Below, in pieces: positions 24,270-50,177 of a stretch of 64,000 bases of DNA (positions within the stretch are counted from its first letter, which is position 1; the number at the start of each line of letters is the position of its first letter). The position numbers and the translations under genes were made by a program. This DNA comes from Macrostomum lignano. Lineage: Eukaryota. The notes below the pieces were generated by a model, which saw only the letters and a list, made by a program, of their open reading frames with translations, did not search any database and was not told where the DNA came from. The DNA lies in NCBI GenBank assembly GCA_002269645.1, contig NIVC01001009.1, positions 215,402-279,401 of the forward strand, read 5' to 3'.

Positions 24270-24925
24270 TCTATGTAATTGCATTGCAAAGTTATTCATT
24301 GACCCAAAAGACTTTTGCCATGTGCTTCATAGCAGACTGAATAGTCTTGACCTTGCTAGATAGCAGGTAGGGCTTCATCAGGTGCCTTCTATACACTACT
24401 CTGCTACTTGGTCTCTGGTGTTTGTAGTTGTGAAACTTTGATTCATCACTAATTACTAGGCAACCAAAAAAGTCAGGCTTATTTCAATAAGCATTTAGAA
24501 GTTGATTGTAGATATGAACACTCTCTTGCAGCTAGGCCAGTTTTAGGAGTTTAGGGACCCATTGAGCAACAACTTGTATCATGTTGAGATGATCAAAAAT
24601 GATGTAATGAATGCTCTTCATAGGTATCTCCAAAGTCGAAGTTGCCTAAGTGTCATACAATAATCATCATTCAGGGTATGTAGCACACATAGGGCATGGA
24701 TGTTTTCATCTGAGGTAGGTCTGTTCTGTATAGAGCACCTGAGCAAGAAACATCATCTATAGTCACCTAGCTAGCTTCAAAGTGCTGGACCTACATGACA
24801 GTTTGTTTGGATGGTGCCTCTGTCAAATATTTGTTATATTTTATGAAATATTTTGGCCTGCTTCTTTTGTTGTTTCTACAATGACCAAATGAGAGTATAA
24901 ATTTTGAAAATTCACCTTTCTCCAT
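24270..24925 (-). pseudogene. Decayed mariner (Tc1/mariner) transposase, N-terminal two thirds
   Basis: Manual translation across stops and frameshifts: MEKGEF...APSKQTV...IDD...DHLNMIQVVAQWVPKLL...PDFFGCLVISDES...PETK*QSSV*K...SAMKHMAKVFW, matching mariner WVPxxL, (V)TGDE and MxxVFW motifs. Confidence 0.85.
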
Positions 24926-25759
24926 TGATCATGGTGGCTTAAGAGGGTGGTATAAAAGATAGGATTTTTTTGTCTTATATTAAATTTAGAAAAAAAGAAG
25001 ATCTTTCCATAGACATAATTGTCATGAGCCTTAGAGCACTAGACTAAAATATCAACTTATATTCTAATAAGAGAGAAAGAGATGTTTGTCAGCAGATTTA
25101 TGACTCAACCCTCATAGATAGTGCATAAGTAGCATATAGATAGCTCATAAATTGTCCTTAAAATATTTTGGCATAGAACATACATGCGCAACTTCTGAAA
25201 TTACGCTGGCCGTGCGACTTAGTTTTCGATAAAAAATGCGACTTACCTATGAAAGAGCCAAGCAAAAACTTTAGGTAAACGGCAGGAGTAACTATGACCA
25301 TATTTTTAAAGCTAAATGCCTCGCCAGCTAATTAGTGCTGCGTGCAGATTCCGCGTTTTTATAACAGCTAATCAGTGTCATCTAGTGGCGGCATGAAGCA
25401 ATTAGTAAATTGTCAGTACAGTGTAGTGAGCATACTACAAAAGTCATGATTCATGAATGTCCAGAAGTAAGTGAAGTGAATACAGTGTGACCTATAGCTC
25501 AAGAACGATTTGCTAGACGATTTGGCATGGAAGATGAGAGCCCTGATTCAGATGGCTCATCAGATGCAGAATACGAATCCAGTAGAGATACAAGCTGTGA
25601 AAACCCACAGATTTTTAAACCACTGAATTCTAATTCCCGGAACTATTTTTGCATAGATTCTAAATTTGAAGTCATGCTCAAACAAAAACTTGTTAACAGT
25701 TAGGAAAAAGGCAAAGATGGGAGTAATGCATGTTAAACTAAGATTTGAGGCCTTTGCAA

Positions 25760-26420
25760 ATTCTCTCCATTCCTCAATCTTCTCATCCTCTTTTTCTTTT
25801 CTCTCTCATCCCTTATCCCTTCTCTCTTTCCTCTCCTCTCTCCTCTCTTTCCTCTCCTCTCCTATCTCTTCTGTCTCCTCTCTACATTCTTATCTCTCCT
25901 CTCGTCTCTCTCCATTCCACTCTACTCTCTCATCTTATCTTCCCTCTCGTCTCTCTCCACTCTACTCTCTCATCTTATCTCTCCTCTCTTTTCTACTCTC
26001 TCATCTCTCCTCTCATCTCCTCTTTATCCTCTCTTCTCTCATCTACTCTCTCCTCTTTCCTCTCTTCTGATCTCATCCATCATCTTTTCTTTCCTCTTTC
26101 CTCTCATCTCCTCTTCTCTCTCATCTCTTTTTCCTCCCTCAGCTTTTCTCTCCTCTTCTATCTTTTCTCCCATCGCATCGCTCGCCTCTCCTCTGTTTGC
26201 TTATCTCTAATCTTCTATTCCCTCTACTTTGAAGTAAGAAAATATGCACATATTTTTGCTGAAGATAAGAGGAGAGAAGAGGGCATTGAGGAGAAAGAGT
26301 AGAGAGAAAGGGGGAGAAGAGAGGAGAGTAAAAATGAGAGGAGAGAGAAGAGGGAAAAGGGGGAGAGAGAGAAGAGGGGAGGCAAGGTAGAGAAGAAGAG
26401 AGAGATGAGAGTTGAAGAGA
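25760..26420. repeat. CT-rich then GA-rich low-complexity tract inside the hAT element
   Basis: Pyrimidine tract 25760-26230 followed by purine tract 26270-26420. Confidence 0.8.
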
Positions 26421-26489
26421 CACCAACCTTGCTACTCGTAGTTAGGAAGTTTCAAAGAACCCGAGGGGCGAGGGCCAGATAGAGGGGCT

Positions 26490-26516
26490 TCGCGAGCCGG
26501 AGTTTGCCAACCCCTG
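26490..26516 (-). mobile_element. Orphan hAT/Charlie-like terminus nested in the hAT element
   Basis: Minus strand reads CAGGGGTTGGCAAACTCCGGCTC, a typical hAT-Charlie TIR start; partner end not found. Confidence 0.4.
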
Positions 26517-26674
26517 CTCCAGAGTTTAGGAAATCAATGGGAAACTGTTGACGCGGGCTTCTGATTTCAAAGATCTTGTCTGTGGTTGAAGGCTTCTATT
26601 CTGTTTTTGCTCTCCTGCCACACTTGCACCTACTACCCCCTGATTGCCTCTAATTGTGACTTACTTCCCTCTTA

Positions 26675-27345
26675 TTGCGACTTAGTTGCTTCTTTTTGCG
26701 ACTTACCTAATCCTTTTTGCGACTTACTTAATCCTTTTTGCAACTTACATAATCCTTTTGCGACTTACCTAACCCTTTTACGACTTACCTAATCCTTTTT
26801 GCGACTTACTTAATCCTTTTTGCGACTTACTTAATCCTTTTGCGACTTACCTAACCCTTTGTGACTTACCTAATCCTTTTTGCGACTTACCTAATCCTTT
26901 TTGCGACTTACTTAATCCTTTTTTCGACTTAGCTGATCCTTTTGCGACTTACCTAACCCTTTTGCGACTTACTTAATCCTTTTTGCGACTTACCTAATCC
27001 TTTTTGCGACTTACCTAACCCTTTGTGACTTACCTAACCCTTTTGCGACTTACTTAATCCTTTTTGCGACTTACCTAATCCTTTTTGCGACTTACCTAAC
27101 CCTTTGTGACTTACCTAATCCTTTTTGCGACTTACCTAATCCTTTTTGCGACTTACCTAATCCTTTTTGCGACTTACCTAACCCTTTTGCGACTTACCTA
27201 ATCCTTTTTGCGACTTACCTAACCCTTTTGTGACTTACCTGATCCTTTTTGCGACTTAGTTTGCTTCTTTTGCGACTTACCTGATCCTTTTTGCGACTTA
27301 CCTGATTATTTTTACAACTTAGTTTGCTTCTTTTGCGAATTTTTT
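26675..27345. repeat. 22-24-bp tandem array (TGCGACTTACCTAATCCTTTT) inside the hAT element
   Basis: Roughly 30 units, each carrying the element's subterminal TGCGACTTA motif. Confidence 0.9.
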
Positions 27346-28711
27346 TTCTTTTGCTTCACGATTTTCCCTGAACTGCTCTTTCTTTCGCTTTCCTCTTGCC
27401 TTTCTTGGTTCTTGTGTTTTTCGGTTTTTGGTTGACTCAATTTTGCGACTTACCCCTGGTCAGCCACGATTTACAGTGGCCGGATCGGCCAGGTCGGCCA
27501 GCAGTTGCGCATGTATGGCATAGAATATAAGGCATAATCATAATCATAATGCATACTATAGTCCCTGGCAATATGATAAACAACTTTATTAGTATAAGTC
27601 AATATAAATTCTAATATTTATATAAAATTGTTATAAAACACAATTTTTGTTGACTAATTAGTTTTTTAATGTTTAATTTTGTTTTTATTTTTATAGATTT
27701 GAACTTAAAATCAGTATATATTTGATACCTAGATAACATATAGATGGCATAGATTATCCCCAAAAATATTCTAGTATATGCTATATCACTTTCTTGACTA
27801 TGGCTTCTGACAAGGCCTATAGGCCATATGTAGGATGAAATATTGTCTGTATAGGTAAAATCAAACTTTTATGCTATTTTCCTTAGAAATGATTACTCAT
27901 CTGTCTTTAATAACTCAATTGAAAACAATCCATTCTGTTGTAGTTGATTTTTTACTTCTTAGAACTGGTTTTAAGGTGAGAGTAGACTAAATCTTTTTTG
28001 AAAGCTTGGGCACTTTTGCTTAACTTATGGTTGCTTTTTACTAATTGTATAATGTAAATAACAGTTATTATACAAATGAAAAAGTAAATTTATACTCCAA
28101 AATATGATCTGACTAGACAAAATGTAAGCAGATAAAAGTTTGGCTAAAAACTGTTAAAATTAAAAGTGCTTTATCATTTCTCACTATGTTTTCTCTTTAC
28201 ATAGCACCCTTCATATAGAACCCACCACAATACATTCTTCCCTTCAAATAATCTGCTTTCATTTCTTTAGGGCTCAGCCCTACACACAACATCACAACCC
28301 ACTATTCCATATTACCTTTCTTTCCTATAGCAACCCCTAATTTTTAAGCTGTCCTCTTTTCATACAGCACCCTTCTCTTTTTATAGAATGCATCAGTTCC
28401 TATAGTATCCTTACACCATGGAAATCTTGACTTTGTGGGTCACTGGATGACTTTGCTGGAATAATAAATACCAATTACCTATTAAAGGGGGGTATAAAGA
28501 AAGACTACAATCTAATCCTAAGTGTGCATAGAAAGTTATTGATTTTTGTTGGCAAGAAGACATGCTAGAGTAAACCTTGGCTAGAAAACATTGCTAGCCA
28601 TTGTAATTAAAAAATTAATTAGTGACTACTCAAACTACAAATGTTTCCTTATATAACAAGCCTAGCTAACCCTATCACAGAAATTGCATACCTTCATAGC
28701 TACTGTTAGTA

Positions 28712-28780
28712 GGGGCAGAGCAGCTCAGTGTTAAACGTGTCTGACTCGCACGCCGCAGTCCCTGGTTCGATTCCAAATCC
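28712..28780 (+). ncRNA. tRNA-derived SINE head or tRNA pseudogene (tRNA-Ala-like)
   Basis: GGGGCAGAGCAGCTCAGTG (A-box-like) ... GGTTCGATTCC (B-box) at tRNA spacing; cloverleaf not intact. Confidence 0.5.
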
Positions 28781-29839
28781 TTTTAATTACAGGGCTTGTG
28801 CAGGAAAGTAAAGTCAGGACCGCTGTACACCCTGTGTGAGCGTGTGTACGAGTGCATGCCTTCGTGCAGTAACCGCGCATTTGTCAGCGTACAATACTCA
28901 GGAGTCAGCGAAATGGGTAGAATTGTTTCACCAGCTGTGGCACGCTCAAAAAAGATTTCTTTTATTCCCTACTGTTAGTAGTATAGTTGAATTTGAGAAA
29001 TGCCATATTTTATTTTTAAGCGAAGGCATGATAGAGGTTAGGCTTTTTCTAGCGCCTTCGAATAGTTTTATGCTGAGCCATGAGTAAGCGAGAGTGATTG
29101 ATCTGCTTTCGTTTGTCGCTTAGAAGTGGTTTAGAGAATAAGCGGCTTTTGCAAAGCTTAAAATTTGCAAGTGACGACAAGAGCTTTCTTTGATGTTTAT
29201 GGATGGCAAATATATATATTTCCCTCCTCTCCCAGCGCGAAAATTGCCAGATTTTCTAATCTCAATTCAACTTCTTTGCTTTTTACTTTTGCCCAGCCTT
29301 GCAGCTGCAGCCGCCTTGATTCGAAAGTTCTTTTTCTTCTTCTTTCATACCAGAGTCTTAAAGCTCTGCCCTGTCTGTCATCGGCTTTCTCGGTTCGCAT
29401 CCTCTTCCCACCCTAAGACCAGTCCGCTCTCTGCACAGCGTCATTTAGAGCCCGTAGCCCAGCCCAAGCACCTGTGATTGGTTTCTCGTCTCCGGGCGCA
29501 TATTTTTTATAATGCACCGATTCCTTTTAGCCCGGCCAGTGCCGACCTCGAAATATGCAGTTGTGCTTCAAACCCCTCCCCGAACTGCTGCAGCTGTGTT
29601 TCCCACCAGTCTGTGCCCATTGGTTGATTCTTATCTGCCTCTCAGCCCTTTCCTCTTCGTGTGTGTGTGTGTGTGTGTGTTTTGTATGCGCTCTTTTCCA
29701 TCTCTCTGATTCCCTTTGCTACCTGTGTGTTGCCATCCCCTCTCTGCCCTACACCAGCCGCACTCTATATAATAGTGAACACTCGTTCAGTTTATAGTGC
29801 TTGCACTTCACGCTAGTTTTAAAAATTGAAAAAATAATT

Positions 29840-44638
<14,799 letters not shown>

Positions 44639-44650
44639 CGGCTTTTGTGC

Positions 44651-45990
44651 TTATCTTGCTGGCATGTGTGTTTATCTAGATGACACTGTTTATTCATCTG
44701 GCAGTCATGTGTTTGTCTAGGTTAGACGTGTGTTTATCTTGCTGGCATGTGTGTTTATCTAGATGACACTGTTTATTCATCTGGCAGTCATGTGTTTGTC
44801 TAGGTTAGACGTGTGTTTATCTTGCTGGCATGTGTGTTTATCTAGATGACACTGTTTATTCATCTGGCAGTCATGTGTTTGTCTAGGTTAGACGTGTGTT
44901 TATCTTGCTGGCATGTGTGTTTATCTAGATGACACTGTTTATTCATCTGGCAGTCATGTGTTTGTCTAGGTTAGACGTGTGTTTATCTTGCTGGCATGTG
45001 TGTTTATCTAGATGACACTGTTTATTCATCTGGCAGTCATGTGTTTGTCTAGGTTAGACGTGTGTTTATCTTGCTGGCATGTGTGTTTATCTAGATGACA
45101 CTGTTTATTCATCTGGCAGTCATGTGTTTGTCTAGGTTAGACGTGTGTTTATCTTGCTGGCATGTGTGTTTATCTAGATGACACTGTTTATTCATCTGGC
45201 AGTCATGTGTTTGTCTAGGTTACACGTGTGTTTATCTTGCTGGCATGTGTGTTTATCTAGATGACACTGTTTATTCATCTGGCAGTCATGTGTTTGTCTA
45301 GGTTACACGTGTGTTTATCTTGCTGGCATGTGTGTTTATCTAGATGACACTGTTTATTCATCTAGCAGTCATGTGTTTGTCTAGGTTACACGTGTGCTTA
45401 TCTTGCTAGCAGGTGTGTGTTTATCTAGATGACACTGTTTATTCATCTGGCAGTCATGTGTTTGTCTAGGTTAGACGTGTGTTTATCTTGCTGGCATGTG
45501 TGTTTATCTAGATGACACTGTTTATTCATCTGGCAGTCATGTGTTTGTCTAGGTTAGACGTGTGTTTATCTTGCTGGCATGTGTGTTTATCTAGATGACA
45601 CTGTTTATTCATCTGGCAGTCATGTGTTTGTCTAGGTTACACGTGTGTTTATCTTGCTGGCATGTGTGTTTATCTAGATGACACTGTTTATTCATCTGGC
45701 AGTCATGTGTTTGTCTAGGTTACACGTGTGTTTATCTTGCTGGCATGTGTGTTTATCTAGATGACACTGTTTATTCATCTGGCAGTCATGTGTTTGTCTA
45801 GGTTACACGTGTGTTTATCTTGCTGGCATGTGTGTTTATCTAGATGACACTGTTTATTCATCTGGCAGTCATGTGTTTGTCTAGGTTACACGTGTGCTTA
45901 TCTTGCTAGCAGGTGTGTGTTTATCTAGATGACACTGTTTATTCATCTGACAGTCATGTGTTTGTCTAGGTTAGACGTGTGTTTATCTTG
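44651..45990. repeat. 83-bp satellite, ~16 copies, directly after the KLHL stop codon
   Basis: TTATCTTGCTGG recurs at 44651, 44734...; the unit is built from ~21-bp GTGTTT(A/G)TCT subrepeats. Confidence 0.95.
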
Positions 45991-46729
45991 CTAGAAAGCT
46001 TATGTTTATTTAACTGACAGTTGTACTAATCTCGCAGAGGGTATGTGTTTATCTGGCTACCAGATTCGTGTGTTTACCACCCTCTCGAGCTGGTTTATTT
46101 AGCAGACCTTGCTAAACTTATATTCTTTTGATGTTTTCATTGACCAGTTCTTTTTGATTAATTTGTACTCGTATTTGAGCAGATTGTTTACAAGAGAACT
46201 AGCCAGATAATTATTTAAACCGATAGTCGTATTTTGCGTGTTTCATATCAGTTTCGTCATATTTGTACAATATCTTGCATGCTCTGCTGTACACCACAGT
46301 AGCTCCTGTTCATTAAATCTCATATATAATCCTTTTTGTTGTCTGTCTCAAAGTTTGTCGTATGCACTATTCATTTATTATTTAATAAATGATTAGCATG
46401 CAGCCGCAACCTACTCAATCACTACTCATGGGACCTACGATCTTTACTTTTCAATTTTTATTTGGGTTCCAATGATAGTTTTGTATTGATTTTTAAGCCG
46501 TAATTCAGATAAATTTTTCAATCTAAAATCTCTCTACCTGCCGATTTTGCTTATGTATATAATTATATATTTCTGCGCCTTTCAAATGTTGAATAAGCTG
46601 ATTTACTAAAAATAAATGCAATCATAATATTGTTAAACTTTTCGTTTTACTTTTGTTGTCTTTGTATCGATTCTTTGTACTTTCCTGGTTACATTTCTTA
46701 CATGGGAGATTTTGATTACTATATAAGTC

Positions 46730-48190
46730 ATTCCTTCCCTTCCCAGGCCCTTCATTCAATTCATCCTTTCCCAGACTCCCAGACCCTTCATTCTGTCCCT
46801 TCCCAGACCATTCCCTACCTCCCCAGACCCTTCCTTCGGTCTTTTCCCAGACCCTTCATTCCTTCCCCTCCCAGACCCTTCATTCCTAGCCCTCCCAGAC
46901 CCTTCATTCCTTCCCCTCCCAGACCCTTCATCCCTTGCCCTCCCAGACCCTTCATTCCTTGCCCTTTCAGACCCTTCATTCCTTGCCCTTTCAGACCCTT
47001 CATTCCTTCCCCTCCCAGACCCTTCATTCCTTCCCCTCCCAGACCCTTCATCCCTTGCCCTCCCAGACCCTTCATTCCTTGCCCTTTCAGACCCTTCATT
47101 CCTTCCCCTCCCAGACCCTTTATTCCTTGCCCTCCCAGACCCTTCATTCCTTCCCCTTCCAGACCCTTCATTCCTTCCCCTCCCAGACCTTTATTCCTTG
47201 CCCTCCCAGACCCTTCATTCCTTCCCCTCCCAGACCCTTCATTCCTTCCCCTCCCAGACCCTTTATTCCTTCCCCTCCCAGACCCTTCATTCCTAGCACT
47301 CCCAGACCCTTCATTCCTTCCCCTCCCAGACCCTTCATTCCTTGCCCTCTCAGACCCTTCATTCTGTCCCTTCCCAGACCATTCCCTACCTCCCCAGGCC
47401 CTTCCTTCTGTCTTTTCCCAGACCCTTCATTCCTTGCCCTCCCAGACCCTTCATTATTTCCCCTCCCAGACCCTTCATTCGTTCCCCTCCCAGACCCTTC
47501 ATTCCTTGCCCTCCCAGACCCTTCATTCCTTGCCCTCCCAGACCCTTCATTATTTCCCCTCCCAGACCCTTCATTCCTAGCCCTCCCAGACCCTTCATTC
47601 CTTCCCCTCCCAGACCCTTCATTCCTTGCCCTCTCAGACCCTTCATTCTGTCCCTTCCCAGACCATTCCCTACCTCCCCAGACCCTTCCTTCTGTCTTTT
47701 CCCAGACCCTTTATTCCTTCCCTTCCCAGACCCTTCATTCCTTGCCCTTTCAGACCCTTCATTCCTTCCCCTCCCAGACCCTTCATTCCTTGCCCTCCCA
47801 GACTCTTCATTCCTTCCCCTCCCAGACCCTTCATTCCTTACCCCCCAACCCTTCATTCCTTCCCCTTCCAGACCCTTCATTCCTTGCCCTCTCAGACCCT
47901 TCATTCCTTGCCCTCCCAGACTCTTCATTCCTTCCCCTCCCAGACCCTTCATTCCTTACCCCCCAACCCTTCATTCCTTCCCCTAACAAACCCTTCATTC
48001 CTTCCCCTAACAGACCCTTCATTCCTTCCCCTCTCAGACCCTTCATTCCTTCCCCGCCCAGACCCTTCATTCCTTGTCCTCCCAGACCTTTCATTTCTCT
48101 CTTTTCAGAAGCCTTTATTCCGTCCCTTCCCAAACCCTTCATTTCTTGCCCTCCCAGACCCTTCATTCCCTAACTCCACAGACCCTTCAT
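46730..48190. repeat. ~21-bp pyrimidine-rich minisatellite (CCCAGACCCTTCATTCCTTCC)
   Basis: Tandem array; Pro-rich ORFs 46630-48285 are by-products. Confidence 0.95.
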
Positions 48191-48699
48191 TTTGTTTTTC
48201 CCTACATCTCTGCTATGCTCTAGTCCCCAGATCTTTCCGCACAAAAGTGCATCAAGTGAACAGATCTTCACGGCTACAGGCTTGAGAAATTTGATTGATA
48301 AAACTCGATGAGTCATTACAATACAGGCCAGTGCAGGAATACTGCCGTCTGCTGCTTCTCTCTATTCCGCAGCCTATGCAAGGCCCTAAGGTAGAGTAGA
48401 CTGCCAGCCTGTGATTTTATCGTAAACAGCGATTTCGCTATGCTATCTGCGGCAGAAATACGCGCAGCTGATGAATTGAATAAAATGCTTTATTAGCTAA
48501 AATGGTTATAAAATGTATTCATTATTTAGATTGACATGTTAAGAAGTCAAAAAAATTTTGGATTTGACTAAAAGTTATATTCCTACATGTATTTAGTCTT
48601 AGGGGTAGTTAATTCTATTTTCACGTTATATTGTGCTGCAAACATTGTTACTGTTAGTAGCGTCAGTTAAGCAAAAATATATATAAGATGATCTGTCTA

Positions 48700-49930
48700 G
48701 CGCCTAGATAATTTCTATCCCCTAGATCACCAATCTATCCTCTATATCATTAATATATCCCCTAGATCTTTGATCTAACCCTCTAGATCATCAATATATC
48801 CTCTAGATCTTTGATCTATCCCCCTAGATCTTTGATCTAACCCTCTAGATCATCAATATATCCTCTAGATCTTTGATCTATCCCCCTAGATCATTCATCT
48901 ATCCCCTAGATCTTTGATCTAACCCCCTAGAGCATCAATCTATCCACCGGATCTTTGATCTAACCCCCTAGAGCATCAATCTATCCACCGGATCTTTGAT
49001 CTAACCCCCTGGATCATCAATATATCCCTTAGATCTTTAATCTATCCCCCTAGATTATTTATTAATCTACCCCCTAGATCACCAATATATCCCCCTAGAT
49101 CACCAATATATCCCCTAGATCTTTGATCTATTCCCCTGGATAATCAATCTATCCTCTAGATCATCAATATATCCCCAAGATCTTATCTTTGATCTATCCC
49201 CCTTGAGCATCAATCTTTCCCCCAGGATCATCGAACTATCCCATAGATCATCGTACTATCCCATAGATCATCAATCTATTCTCTAGACCATCAGTCAATT
49301 CCCTAGACTATCGATTTTTCCCCGAGATCTTTAATCCATTCCCTAAATCATCAATCTATTCCCTAGACTATCAATCTATCCCCTAGAGCATCAATCTATT
49401 CCCTAGACTATCAATCTACCCCCTAGATCATCAGTCAATTCCCTAGACTATCAATCTATCCCCTAGATTATCAGTCAATTCCCTAGACTATCAATCTATC
49501 CCCTAGATTATCAGTCAATTCCCTAGACTATCAATCTATCCCCTAGATCATCAGTCTATTCCCTAGACTATCAATCTATCCCCTAGATTATCAGTCAATT
49601 CCCTAGACTATCAATCTATCCCCTAGATCATCAGTCAATTCCCTAGACTATCAATCTATCCCCTAGATCATCAGTCAATTCCCTAGACTATCAATCTATC
49701 CCCTAGATCATCAGTCTATTCCCTAGACTATCAATCTATCCCCTAGATCATCAGTCAATTCCCTAGACTATCAATCTATCCCCTAGATCATCAGTCAATT
49801 CCCTAGACTATCAATCTATCCCCTAGATCATCAGTCAATTCCCTAGACTATCAATCTATCCCCTAGATCACCAGTCAATTCCCTAGACTATCAATCTATC
49901 CCCTAGATCATCAGTCAATTCCCTAGACTA
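48700..49930. repeat. 20/21-bp minisatellite homogenising into a 41-bp dimer (TCAGTCAATTCCCTAGACTATCAATCTATCCCCTAGATCA)
   Basis: Divergent monomers on the left, homogeneous dimers from ~49430. Confidence 0.93.
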
Positions 49931-50177
49931 TCAATCTATCCCCTAGATCTACCCGAGACTTTCAAAATCTGCAATTGTCAATACTGTATGGTATTCTCAT
50001 TTGCCTTTAACAGATGAAAATGCTCAATTAGTTTAAGTTTTAAGCAATAAATAACGGCTGAAAAACACTGTTTCGCTTCGTTTCATGAGAACCCCGGCTT
50101 GGCAACAAATCAGCGAGCCTCGCTGATCCACCTCATCTGCTTATTGGGATAATCATCCCCATAGCAACACGCGAGTT

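Larger units (their letters stand above)
25179..27517. mobile_element. 2.3-kb non-autonomous hAT element, same family as 23328-23640, opposite orientation
   Basis: TIRs CATACATGCGCAAC (25179) and GTTGCGCATGTATG (ending 27517); 8-bp TSD GCATAGAA at 25171-25178 and 27518-27525; subterminal sequence homologous to the 313-bp copy. Confidence 0.9.
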
